The position numbers and the translations under genes were made by a program. A model generated the notes under the pieces. It did no database searches and was not told the origin of the DNA. It worked only from the letters and a program-made list of their open reading frames with translations. A stretch of DNA of 63,347 nucleotides, the filler included, from Thraustochytrium aureum (Eukaryota): NCBI GenBank assembly GCA_012862495.1. It is 4 parts of one record of this genome, joined end to end, with 100 filler letters (N's around TTAATTAATTAA, not from the genome) between each part and the next. Parts side by side here need not be neighbours in the genome. Positions count along the whole stretch, not along the records: positions 21,542 to 32,094 come from BLSG01000172.1; positions 32,195 to 59,796 come from BLSG01000172.1; 2 more parts are not named here. One strand, given 5' to 3'. Shown here one piece after another: positions 23,661 to 35,644 of the stretch. The number at the start of each line of letters is the position of its first letter. The stretch's first letter is position 1.

Positions 23661-25102
23661 TCACTTGACCATGCGGACAAACCTCAACGTATGCTGCGAG
23701 TAGAGCATCGTGGTCCACAACGTGAGGGCACCTGCCTGGTGCAGGGAGGCTAACGAGATCGGCACAAACATCATCAGCGTGGAGACACCGAGGCAGACTT
23801 GACCGCACACCGCCGCAAGCATTAGCTTGTAGCCAGTCTGCGCGCTCGGGGACACGGCGGCCCAGTTGACGGGGCGCCGCGCGAGGACCCACGTGCCGAT
23901 CGTGGCCAGTAGCGTCAGGTACGCCAAGTTGCGATGGTCAAACTGAACGGTCGCAGTGTTCTCGAAAAAGTTGCGCCAGGCCGGGGCGAGTTTGTCGTCC
24001 CAGATTTCGGCCGGAATCAGGTTTCCAGCGAACAGTGGCCAGTCGTTGTAGGCGTGCCCGGCGTCGTTCCCCGCCACGAACGCGCCAGAGACAAAGGTGA
24101 TCCCCGTCAGCACAAGCGACACGAGGCCCTTTTTGCGAAGCTTGAGCACCTGCTTGCCGACGTCGGCCATGCGCACCGGGTTGAGCGCCGTGAGGCCGGT
24201 CCAGACAAGACCCGAGTACACGGCGAGCGCAACGGTCAGGTGCGCCGTCAGCCTGTAGGGCGAGACGCGCGGCTCCTTCCAGTCGTGCTCTGGCTCCTCC
24301 AGCCCGCTGCGCACCATCCACCAGCCGACGAGGCCCCTGACCGCCCCCAAGNNNNNNNNNNNNNNNNNNNNNNNNNNNNNNNNNNNNNNNNNNNNNNNNN
24401 NNNNNNNNNNNNNNNNNNNNNNNNNNNNNNNNNNNNNNNNNNNNNNNNNNNNNNNNNNNNNNNNNNNNNGCGCACCATCCACCAGCCGACGAGGCCCTGA
24501 CCGCCCCCAAGGCAGAGCAGGGCGGCCAGCTTTGGCCCCATCCCTGGGAGCCGTCCAACTCTGCCGGCCGCAACAAAGTAGAGCAGCGGGGCGCCAAACA
24601 CGACGCCGAGACCGCGGCCCCACATTCGGTGAGCCCACTCCATAAAGTAGATCTTCTTAAACTCCTCCAGGTCCATGCCCAAGTTGAGCCGCTTGTACTC
24701 CGGGAACTGCTTGTACTTTTCGAACTCGACTGCCCACTGTTCGTCGGTGGTCGGCAGCATGGAGCCCTGGGGCCGCCAGTCCACCATGGAGAGGCCGGAC
24801 CGCGTGAGCCGCGTAACCCCACCCAGCACGACCATGCCAAACACCGCCCCGGAGACGCCCAACAGCCAGAACCCCAGCGCGCGATCAGGCGCGAGCGCCT
24901 CCGCAGCGCCCTTTGCCGCCGCCGGGGCGACCCTCGCCGCAGCCGAGACCTCCGCGACCGTGGAGCTCGTTCGTTTCACCCTCGCCTCCCACCCGGCCCT
25001 CGGCATCCACGTCCCGACCCTCCCCGTCGCCGCACTCTGTCGCCACGGAGCGTTCCGTGCGAGCGTCCTCGCCGTCAGGGCGGCACATCGCTGCGCCCAC
25101 AT
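23661..25102 (-). CDS. COX15: Heme A synthase (COX15)
   Basis: Transit peptide; 'GGVTRLTRSGLSM', 'EWAHRMWGR', 'GWWMVRSGL', 'VSPYRLTAHL', 'GAFVAGNDAG', 'VQFDHR' and 'ASLHQAG'. The internal gap is flanked by a duplicated 42-mer. Confidence 0.96.
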
Positions 25103-25313
25103 CCTGCTCGACCTGCCAGCCCAGCGGCGCCTGTCTGCGGCGTCAGTCGACCAGATCCCTCCACGCAGCCTGTCGCGCCCGAGCCCGTGCGTGGCCCGTC
25201 CTCCAACGCCACGTACGCTCTCCGCCTCGCCCGCGCCCGACGCACGTCGAGCATCTGTCGAGCCCATCCGCGCGTCCTCGAGAGCTTCGTGCACCCTCCG
25301 TCCGCTCTACGTG

Positions 25314-25645
25314 CACCCTCTGTCTGATCTCTGTTTAATCTCTGTCTGATCTCTCTTTACCCTCTGTCTGCTCTTCAAACACTCTCAGTCTGATCTCTGT
25401 TCACCCTCAGTCTGCTCTACAAACATCCTCAGTCTGATCTCTGTTCACCCTCTATCTTTTCTTCATACACCCTCAGTCTGATCTCTGTTCACCCTCTGTC
25501 TGCTCTTAAAACATCCTCCGTCTGCTTCTGAACTGATACACCCTCCGTCTGTTCTTAATACACCCTCCGTCTGCTCTTCAAACATCCTCCGTCTGCTTAC
25601 CATACACCCTCAGTCTGATCTCAGTCCACCCTCAGTCCACCCCAC
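25314..25645 (+). repeat. Degenerate pyrimidine-rich 22-bp minisatellite (partly alternating A/B units)
   Basis: Units such as CACCCTCAGTCTGATCTCTGTT and CACCCTCAGTCTGCTCTACAAA repeated roughly 14 times. Confidence 0.85.
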
Positions 25646-26314
25646 ATCCACCCTGAATGCGGCCTCAGCGCGCCCTCTACCTGAGCTCACTGAGTCGATT
25701 GCGGCGCGCATAGCGGGCTGCGTTAGGTTCGCGGCGGGTTANNNNNNNNNNNNNNNNNNNNNNNNNNNNNNNNNNNNNNNNNNNNNNNNNNNNNNNNNNN
25801 NNNNNNNNNNNNNNNNNNNNNNNNNNNNNNNNNNNNNNNNNNNNNNNNNNNNNNNNNNNNNNNNNNNNNNNNNNNNNNNNNNNNNNNNNNNNNNNNNNNN
25901 NNNNNNNNNNNNNNNNNNNNNNNNNNNNNNNNNNNNNNNNNNNNNNNNNNNNNNNNNNNNNNNNNNNNNNNNNNNNNNNNNNNNNNNNNNNNNNNNNNNN
26001 NNNNNNNNNNNNNNNNNNNNNNNNNNNNNNNNNNNNNNNNNNNNNNNNNNNNNNNNNNNNNNNNNNNNNNNNNNNNNNNNNNNNNNNNNNNNNNNNNNNN
26101 NNNNNNNNNNNNNNNNNNNNNNNNNNNNNNNNNNNNNNNNNNNNNNNNNNNNNNNNNNNNNNNNNNNNNNNNNNNNNNNNNNNNNNNNNNNNNNNNNNNN
26201 NNNNNNNNNNNNNNNNNNNNNNNNNNNNNNNNNNNNNNNNNNNNNNNNNNNNNNNNNNNNNNNNNNNNNNNNNNNNNNNNNNNNNNNNNNNNNNNNNNNN
26301 NNNNNNNNNNNNNN

Positions 26315-27107
26315 AACAGCGCGGTCACGTGTACGAATACAAAGGGAAAAAGCTGGAGATCCGTGACGTATGGAAGGACAACCTCGACGAAGAGATGCGC
26401 ACGATTCGCAAACTGATCACAACGTCCAACTACGTGGCCATGGACACCGAGTTCCCGGGCGTCGTGGCGCGGCCGATCGGCTCGTTCAGCAGCTCGATCG
26501 ACTTTCAGTACCAGACGCTGCGGTGCAACGTGGATCTGCTCAAGCTGATCCAGCTCGGCATCGCCCTCGCCGACAAGGACGGCAACTTTGCGGAGGGGTG
26601 CCCCTGCTGGCAGTTCCACTTCAAGTTTAGCCTCACAGACGACATGTACGCCCAGGACTCGATCGACCTCTTGGTGCGGAGCGGAATTGACTTTGAACTG
26701 CACGAGAAGATGGGGATCGAGGTCCAGGACTTTGGCGAGGCGCTCGTCTCCTCCGGGCTCGTGCTCGTTGATGACGTCAAGTGGATCTCGTTCCACGGCG
26801 GCTACGACTTTGGGTACCTTCTCAAGTTGCTCACTTTCACGCCGTTGCCTGCAGAGGAGCAAGACTTTTTCAAGCTGCTGCACATGTTCTTCCCCTGCGT
26901 GTACGATGTCAAGCACATCATGAGCAAGCTGGAGGGGAGCACCTTCAAGGCAGGACTCAACAAGCTCGCCGAAGAGCTCGGTGCAGAGCGCGTGGGCCCA
27001 ATGCACCAGGCCGGCTCTGACTCGCTCTTGACGGCCTCAGTGTTCTTCGCCCTCCGCAAGAGGTACTTTAACGACAACTTTAGCGACCACGGCCACGCCG
27101 GCGTCTT
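26315..27107 (+). CDS. CAF1: CCR4-NOT deadenylase subunit CAF1/POP2 (CNOT7/8); both ends in gaps
   Basis: 'IRDVW..NL', 'AMDTEFPG', 'YQTLRCNVDLLKLIQLG', 'WISFHGGYDFGY' and 'HQAGSDSLLT'. Confidence 0.97.
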
Positions 27108-27363
27108 NNNNNNNNNNNNNNNNNNNNNNNNNNNNNNNNNNNNNNNNNNNNNNNNNNNNNNNNNNNNNNNNNNNNNNNNNNNNNNNNNNNNNNNNNNNNN
27201 NNNNNNNNNNNNNNNNNNNNNNNNNNNNNNNNNNNNNNNNNNNNNNNNNNNNNNNNNNNNNNNNNNNNNNNNNNNNNNNNNNNNNNNNNNNNNNNNNNNN
27301 NNNNNNNNNNNNNNNNNNNNNNNNNNNNNNNNNNNNNNNNNNNNNNNNNNNNNNNNNNNNNNC

Positions 27364-27448
27364 GCAGTGGCGCTGCGCTGCTTCCATTGCGGTGTCGCTC
27401 CTGGAGCTGGCTCTGCGCAGTGGCGCTGCGCTGCTTCCATTGCGGTGT
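27364..27448 (+). repeat. 53-bp-period direct repeat next to a gap
   Basis: GCAGTGGCGCTGCGCTGCTTCCATTGCGGTGT occurs at 27364 and 27417. Confidence 0.85.
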
Positions 27449-27576
27449 AGCTAACTCGTTCGTTCGCCTCGCTGGCGCGGGGCAAGCGACACGCGACAAC
27501 AAGCAGAACAGCTTCTTGATTGAAATTTGTTCGCCTCCTTTTTTAAAATTAAAAGAGTTGCAGCCGACCCCGGTCA

Positions 27577-30500
27577 TCAGAGCATCTTGATGCGCTCCAC
27601 GATCGCCTCCCTGTAGACCTGCTTGGGCGAAGGCACCCACATCGAGGTGTACACCTTGGCGACCCAAGCAGGGAGCACGCTGGCCGCCACGCCGACGATC
27701 GAGGCCAGCCAAAACGTCGGCGACAGGCCGATGTAGCTCATGATGTAGCCGTTGTCCGTCTTGCCCGGCGACCAGAGGTGCGCCAGCCCAAGCACCGAAA
27801 ACCACAACGCAAAGTGCGAGAGGAACAGCGCGATCCAGTGCATCCTCGTAAAGGCGCTAAACCGCAGCGCGAGCGCGACCAAGTAGCCCTGCACGAGCAC
27901 GACGGTCAGCAACGTGCCCTCGGCCCACATGCCCGCCACCACCCCGTCGTCGGTCCACACAGGCGCGACCATAAACAGCGTCCCGAACGCCACCGCGGCG
28001 TGCCACCAGCCAAGCCCCACGTCAATAAAGTACTCGCGAAGCGTGAACACCGGCTTGTGCGACTCGTACAGCTCTGGCGCCTTGGCGAGCTGCTCGGGCA
28101 AAAGCTCGCGGTCGAAAAAGGCGATCGCAAAAAGCGGCCAAGAGGTGATGGCGAGGTTGACAAAGGTCAGCACGTTTGTGACGATGATCGACACCCCCGA
28201 GAAGACGCTAAAGATGCCAAAGAACGTCTGCGGCATGTTGAAGGCCATGTTGACAAACAGAGAGGAGCGCGCCGCGTTCGAAATGCGCAGCCGCGCGTTC
28301 GCGCCATGCACAAACAGCAGGCGCGTCAGATCGGCAAACTTGTGGATGGCAAAGTCGGCAGAGTTGACGGCCTGCGACCCCTCCTTGCCAAAGACGCCGA
28401 CGCCGACGTCGGCCTCGCGGATCATGGCCACGTCGTTCGCGCCGTCGCCGATGGCCAGGCAGACCTTGCCAAACTCGGTCTTGACCAGCTTCGTCACGCG
28501 GCTCTTCTGCTTGGGCGTCATCCGCGTGCAGACCGTTGTGTAGCAGCGCTTCATCATCGAGACCAGCAGCGGCCGAAGCGCGTCGCTGTCCAGGCAGACC
28601 TTGAGGCACTCGCCCGAGACGACGAGGGCCTCGTCGCCGCCCGCGCCGGCTTGCGCCTCGACGTCGTCCTCCTCGCCGCCAAAGTCGACGCCGTCGAGGC
28701 CCGCGGCCACGCGCATCTTGTCGCGGTTGCGGCCCCCGCTCGAGGGCTCCGAGGCCGTGCTCGACGCTGCCCGCGACAGCTCTTTGCTCATGTACCGCTG
28801 CATCTCGTCCGCGTCCGGCTCGGTGAGGACGTGGAAGCGGCTCCCCGGCTTGAACAGCCCGCACGAAGTGCAGATGCTCATCGCCGTCTCGGTCTTGTCG
28901 CCGGTCAGGACGGCAACCTGGACGTTGGCGCGCACCAACGCTTGGAGGGCTTCCTCCACCCCGTCCGAGAGCTTGTCCTCGACGCCGGTGCAGCCCACGG
29001 GGTTTAGCGTCGGCTCCAGGATGTCAAACGCCCGCCCAAGGCAGCCGTCGCGGTCCTCCATTGCCACCAGGGCCTGGTCGTACGCCGCCGCGAAAGAGCG
29101 GAACTGGTCCGAGTCGACCTCGATGGAGGCAGAACCCATGACGAGTGTGCGCAGGCCCAGGCGAGACATAGAGTCCACCTGGCTCGCAATGCGGCCCACG
29201 CTGTGCCGCTTTCCAAAGATCTCGAGCATCACGTTGTCCGCACCCTTGTACAGCACGAGCGCCTTCTGCGAGCCTTGCTCTTGCAGAATGACGCCCATCC
29301 GCTTCCGCTTCGAGTTGAAGGGGAGCGTCCCGAGGACGTTGAACACTTTGGCAACCCCGCCAGAGTTGGCGAAGCGCACCACGGTGCGCGTCGGCGTGCG
29401 CTCCTCGAGCACAAAGCCGAGCTCGCGCGCGGTGTCCGCGAGCGCGACCTCGTCGGGCGACTCGCCCGAGTAGGCCAGGGAGGCGTCCTCGCCGGGGCCA
29501 ATAGCGGCGTCAGAGTTTCGCCCTCGCGCTCCACCTCGAGGTCGTTGCAGGCAGCCATGATCAGCAGCAGCCGCTTGAGGTCCCGGTCCCCGCCCGCTTT
29601 GGGGCTGGGGAGGACGAGCGAGCCGCGCGCAGAGGCCGAGGCGGACGCGGCCTTGCGCAGCACCGGGTCGGGCGCGGAGCCGTCGGCGGCGTCCGGATCG
29701 CTGGCGCCAAAGTCGATTTCGTACATGCCAGCGGCCGTTGCGCAGTGCGTGAAGCGCATCTCGTTGTCGGTGAGCGTGCCCGTCTTGTCGCTGAGCACGT
29801 ACTGGATCTCGCCGAGCTCCTCGACCAGGCTCGTCGTGTTGGGCTTGGCGGGCCGGTTGCGCCCGTCGCGCGAGTACATGTTGCTGTCCCAATGGATGTA
29901 GAGCCCGCCCATCATCTTGCCAAACTCCATGATGACATAGAGCGACATGGGCACGAGGAAGCTCATGAGCACAAACCAGGTCATGTACGAAAACACCCAG
30001 TCCACAGCCACGGACCGTTTCGGCTCTGGGGCGTCCCAGTTGAACTTGCCCCACGTCTCGCCCAGCGGGTTGGCCGCAAAAACGACATGATCTCGGGAGT
30101 GAAGACCTGCGCCGTGGCCAGGACAGCGCACAGCGCAGTCTGGAACACGAAGACCACGGCAAGGCACACGTTGAGCGCGCGCTCCAGGCGGCTGAATTTG
30201 TACGCCGGGAGCTGCTGGTTGAGGCGCAGCTTGGTGAGCGGGCCGGCGCCCACGACCACGCCCCACGCCCGCCGCGTGTTGCGGAGCACTGCGCCGCGCA
30301 AGATGAGGTTCTCGCGCTCCAGCTGCGCCACCGCGTTGTCGCCCTCGACCGCCGAGTCGATGCGCCCGCTGAAGACCTCGATGAACGGGTTTGGCGGGTC
30401 GCTCGTGATGACGGCTCGCAGGCCCAGCAGGTCCTCCGGGGTGGGCTGCTCGTCAGGCCCGACCTGGCCCTCCACGAAGAACTGCTCGAGGTTTGCTGCG

Positions 30501-31555
30501 CGGCGTACCTTGAGGCGCGTCTCGCCGTCCAGGTTGGCGGTGTCCACCCAGCAGGCCGAGCTGCCCTTGTTCTGGCCAGTGTGCTCCACGGCGAGCACGA
30601 CCATGTCGGCGGCGCAGACCTCGTCGCGGCTGACGCACACCAAGTCGCCAACGCGCAGGGACGAGCTCCGCACCTCGACCTCGGCGCCGGTTGCCGGGTC
30701 CAGCTTGGTCACGCGCGCACCGTTCACCTTGCGGTCAGAGTGGTGGCGCAGGATGTCCTCGTACGCCTCCTTGACGGCCGTTACTCCCAAGATGAACGTC
30801 AGCGGCGCCAGGGTGATGTACAGCGGGAACGGGGCGACGCCTGGGAGCAACTGGAAGATCGTGATCAGCAAAAAGTACGAGTTGGCCACGCGCCGAAACT
30901 GCTCGTACAGGTTTTTGAACACAAAGTTGAGCGCCGTGTACTTTGACGTGATGAACAGGTTGCGCGGAAAGTGCGCGTTCTTCTGCGCGTCGTTCAGGAA
31001 CACGCGGTGCTCATCCGCTCCGTCGGCCGCCTGCGCGCTGCTCCTGCCGGGGATGAACCGCTTGAACAGCCTCCCGGGGGTGAACCGTCTCGGGGGCGGG
31101 TCGGCCTTGACCGGGTGCGACACCGACCACCGCACGCTCGACGGCCTCCTCGCCACGATCACATGCTCGGACCCCGCCGGGCTAAGCGCCGCGTCGTCCA
31201 TGCTTCCCGAGCCGCTCCACGCCGTTCTCGACCTCCTCACGCCTGCGCTCTGCCAGCGTCGCGTCCTCCTCCTGGGTCCGAGCAGCGGCTCTTCCAGGCC
31301 AACGAGAGCCAACAACGACCGCTCCTTGGCCTCTGCGAGCTCCTCCGCGAGCTCGACGTCTGCTTCTTCACGCTCGGCCTCGTCGACCTCGGTTTCGTCA
31401 ACTGCTTGGCGCGCCCAGGCAACCCACCAGCCCTCGCGTGCGCTGCTGCTGCTCGAGCTGCTTCGCGTTGGGTGTCTGCTGGTCCTCCCGCGCCGCGCGG
31501 TATTCAAGCTCGCCTGGGCGTCCTCCGTAGTCACTCCGGTGGCGGGCCAGTTCAT
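27577..31555 (-). CDS. P4-type ATPase (phospholipid flippase); frameshifts at ~30080 and ~29517
   Basis: 'TSKY...LYEQFRRVAN.YFL', 'NLDGET', 'FLVPMSLYV', 'SDKTGTLT' (29775-29789), 'SPDEVAL', 'FNSKRKRM', 'KGAD', 'LTGDK' and 'IGDGANDV'. Start codon uncertain. Confidence 0.96.
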
Positions 31556-32094
31556 GGGCTGCTGCAGCTGCTGCGGCTGCTGCGCGTGCCTCTGGCTGGT
31601 TGGGTTGAGGCCCCGCGCGGAGAAGGACAGATCGAGGTGGACGAGGAGAGGGCGAGTGCACGCAAGTGTCGATTGCAGCAAGGACTCGGAGGGAGGCAAG
31701 TACTTTTCTCTTGCTTTTGCTGCTCCACCACCTCGACGCTGCTCTACCTACGCGACAAAGTGCACCTGCCACTAGCTCGACAAGCCAGCCAGCGGAGGTA
31801 GCTGCATGCGCCGCAGGGCCGATTCCTGCAGTTGTGCAGGCAGCGCTGGAGAGCAAAGTGTGCAGCGAGTGCAAAGCAACAATTCTCCGCATTTATTTTG
31901 CACATCACTATCAGCTGACTTGTGCGAGGGCGACAATACTGCGGGAATGCAGTCTATGGAGCGCGGGTCCAACCCGACCTTGAGAGGCTGAAAAGCCCCT
32001 GGCTGTGCACCGACCAAGCACTACAAAAAGGTCACTGTCACGGTCCGTCGTGATAGCAGAGTTCGACTTGCTTCATTTGTGGCGGTGATGGTGG

Positions 32095-32194
32095 NNNNNN
32101 NNNNNNNNNNNNNNNNNNNNNNNNNNNNNNNNNNNNNNTTAATTAATTAANNNNNNNNNNNNNNNNNNNNNNNNNNNNNNNNNNNNNNNNNNNN
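32095..32194. other. Artificial scaffold linker N44-TTAATTAATTAA-N44
   Basis: 12-mer at 32139-32150. Confidence 0.97.
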
Positions 32195-32608
32195 GAGTTG
32201 CAGAACGTCGGCACTGCCGTTCAACAGCTTGCCTGGGGCACCGAGCGCAAGGCTCACAAACGCGACGAACGAAAACGCTTTCTTCACGTTGAATCGGCGC
32301 GACAGTCGCGCAGCCGCGGCGTCGCCCCGCAGCTGGGCCCGGCGCTGTTTGCGCGCAGAGTGGACGAGCAAACCCACAAACAGCAGGCCGTTCACAGTGT
32401 CGACGAGAAATTGGGCGCATGACACATACGCATAGGTTTCGTCGACCATGTCCACGCCAGCAAACCGCCACGTCGCCCCGCTCCATTCCTCTGCCGAGGT
32501 GCTTGCCCTGCTTGCTTGCAAAAGCCGCCGCAGGGAACTCGCCGGCGCTTGGTGCAACTCCATTTTGACCATGGCAACTGCAAGGGCGGTGGTCGCCAGC
32601 GTGCCCAT
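32195..32608 (-). CDS. Orphan multi-TM protein, paralog of 33765-34986; 3' truncated at scaffold end
   Basis: 'EEWSGATWRFAGVDMVDETYAYVSCAQFLVDTVNGLLFVGLL...RRFNVKKAF...LGAPGKLL' aligns with no gaps to the neighbouring gene. Confidence 0.8.
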
Positions 32609-33764
32609 GGTCCGGCTGAACCGTCCGTACGGTGGCTGCCTTTCCCGTCGCGAGCGCGCCACGCCCCTCACCGCTGCGCGTGCTGCCCTTCCTGGCTTCA
32701 TCTGATTACTGCGCAGCTTGCCACAACCACCACGGTGCGGCATTTGGTTTTGTTTTTTTGGTAAATTAACGCCAGGCTCTGACTTGGGTGAGTGCTGCCC
32801 CACCACAGCCCTAGTCGGATCACCTCGTCTCTGTCGCACTTTTCGGTCTCGCTCTCCGCCTTTGAGCGTGCGTTGGCCCCTGCAACGTCGAAGATGCGCG
32901 GCTCTGTTGTTAGGCCGTTGTGGGCGGCAGCAGAGCGCCCGCTGGGTTCCGAGGAACGTGCAAGTTGAGCGAGGCAACGAGAGGTTTTCAACCCCCGAGT
33001 AAGGGGAGCTGCGACTCTCCATTGTCGGTGAAGGCGCCCGTTCGCACGGCCGCCGGCGAGCTTCCTGTGTAACGGGCGCAACGGACCTCCATCGCAAGAG
33101 CCGTTTCGACCATGTAGGTTGAGTTGAGGTTTTTTGATTGAGGCACCGCGCAGAACACAAACAGGCGCTGGCGAGCGCTGGTGAGTGCTTTTCGCTGTTT
33201 TGGAGGAATAATGAGGCAGTTTCTCGTGCCGACACGTCATGTCGCGCTCGACGACACGCGCAAAGTGAAGAAGTTCGCGAACCCCACGCCACCCAGCACC
33301 TCGCATGCGGAGTACCGGTACGATGCCGCTCCGGCTTTGGAGGTGCCAAACGAATCGCTGGCCGCTAGTGTGATGGTGCTCCGGCTTTGGAGGCGCCACA
33401 TGAGTCGNNNNNNNNNNNNNNNNNNNNNNNNNNNNNNNNNNNNNNNNNNNNNNNNNNNNNNNNNNNNNNNNNNNNNNNNNNNNNNNNNNNNNNNNNNNNN
33501 NNNNNNNNNNNNNNNNNNNNNNNNNNNNNNNNNNNNNNNNNNNNNNNNNNNNNNNNNNNNNNNNNNNNNNNNNNNNNNNNNNNNNNNNNNNNNNNNNNNN
33601 NNNNNNNNNNNNNNNNNNNNNNNNNNNNNNNNNNNNNNNNNNNNNNNNNNNNNNNNNNNNNNNNNNNNNNNNNNNNNNNNNNNNNNNNNNNNNNNNNNNN
33701 NNNNNNNNNNNNNNNNNNNNNNNNNNNNNNNNNNNNNNNNNNNNNNNNNNNNNNNNNNNNNNNN

Positions 33765-34986
33765 CGTCTCGGGCTGCGATCTCATCCCCCACTCATTCTG
33801 CAAGGTCGTTGGGTGGACCCGCGACCCGCGCGCAAACGCGGTCGAGATCGCGGTACTTCCAGTTCGTGAATAACGTGGGTCCCCGTGAAGAGGCGCCCCA
33901 AACGGCGACCTTGCAGCGATCGTTATGGAGGTGCGCCTGCTACTTGACCGCCGTCGCCGCGAAAGCGTCTTCCAGAGGTTCCCATACGTGAGGAGAATGC
34001 CGAGTCCCGTCCCCAGAGACATGCACGTAGACATCAGCCGAAAATAGTCCAAGGCCGAGCCCTGGAAAACAATAAGACTCGCGAGCGCTCCTACAAGCGG
34101 GATGTTCATACCGAAAAAGTTGCCCATTTGGAGCAAGATGACGCGCTTCAAGCGACGCTGCATGGGCGAGCCCCGAATCGCCTTCACTTGAAGGAAGAGG
34201 GCGCTCGTGTACTTGACCATAGAGTACAAGTACGCGACGCAGAAGCCAACGAAAGGAGCGATCATGCGGGCCACGAACCGTTTCAGCGTCTTGCCATCCT
34301 GCACCGATAGTGTGTACAGGAAAAAGTTACAAACAAAGTAGAGCGCCAGAACGGCCAGGGTGGCCTTGGCCACGCGTGTCGAGAACCGCAAAGGTTGCTT
34401 TGGCGCGCTGCATTCTGATGCCGTCAGGAACGTTTTGTACGACGAGAATATTACGATCACGTTACCAGCAGCGCCGGCGCCTGCCCAAAAGCTCAGGCCA
34501 GTTGCGAAAACTACGCTATCCACCAACGGCATTGGTGTGTCGCTCTCGACAAGACGAAGCGCGTTTGTCGTTCCAGCGAGGAGTTTGGCCGGGGCTCCGA
34601 GGGAGAGACTCAGGACAGAAACGACACAAAACGCCTTCTTCACATTGAACCTGCGCGACCTTCTGACTACTGCGGCATTGCCGCGCCTACGCGCCAGGCG
34701 CTGCTTTCGTACAGTGTCGATCAGCAGTCCCAGGAAGACCAGTCCGTTCGCAGAGTCGATCAGGAACTGAATGCACGACAGATATGCGTACGTCTCGTCC
34801 ACCATCTCCAAGCCAGCGAATACCCAGGCCGACTCTCTCCACTCCTCGATTGCCATACCATTGCCGTCTGCAAGAAGAAGTCGCGGCGAGCCAGCCCTTG
34901 TCGTTTTGCGCAGCGCATGTCGGCGCGTGGCGAGCGACACAACGCAAAACAAGATGGCCACGGCCACACCGCCACCGAAGCGCCAT
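33765..34986 (-). CDS. Orphan seven-TM (GPCR-like topology) protein; 3' end in gap, start uncertain (in-frame ATG at 34856)
   Basis: Seven hydrophobic segments, basic loops and a Ser/Arg/Thr-rich tail. A possible signal segment 'VAVAILFCVVSLA' lies upstream. Confidence 0.75.
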
Positions 34987-35644
34987 CGCCGACCGTACCG
35001 ACCGATGGGCCATGCCCCAACCTGCCGCTCGCGATGCGCTCCTTGCGCGCAGTGCAGATTCCAGCCCTGCTTGACACCGGCCACTGCTGAACATCCATGG
35101 CGCAATAAGGGAAGCAATCTAACGGAAGGGAAAAGACCACAAAAAACAAGCCGTCGCTAGTTGTTTCTGACACTTTGGCATGCATCGAGCGAACCGCGAA
35201 AGCGCGGCGCGCACCGCGTGCTGTTGAGAACAAAACTAGCTTGCGCCTCACTTCGGACGCGCAATTCAGAGACGCCCACAAAGTCACGAAAGCACGCGGT
35301 TCACACTGATCGCCAAGTCAACGCACTACATGCGTGCCTCACCTCAGCCGCAACTTGCTCCACCATGCTGCACAAAGTGGCGTTGGAAAAGAAAAACCTG
35401 GCGAAGGGTTGTAAGTTGGCACAGCCGCTGGCTTCGGCCGCGACCGACCGCCGCCTTCGGCTCCGCTCAGCATTGGCTTTACCCATCTGCGTTTCCCAAC
35501 GGATAGAATGTTGTGCAGGAGAGCCGTTTCTCCATCACTCACTCGCTCGGGCGTGCCTTGATGCCGCGGGGCCGAGGTCGTCAGCGCGCGCGACGAGCTC
35601 AGAGACACGGAGCTTAGCGACCCGTCGGGTTGACGGATACGGAC

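Noticed and set aside
25314..25645. CRISPR array
   Set aside because: Units are contiguous and degenerate with no unique spacers, there are no cas genes, and the context is eukaryotic.
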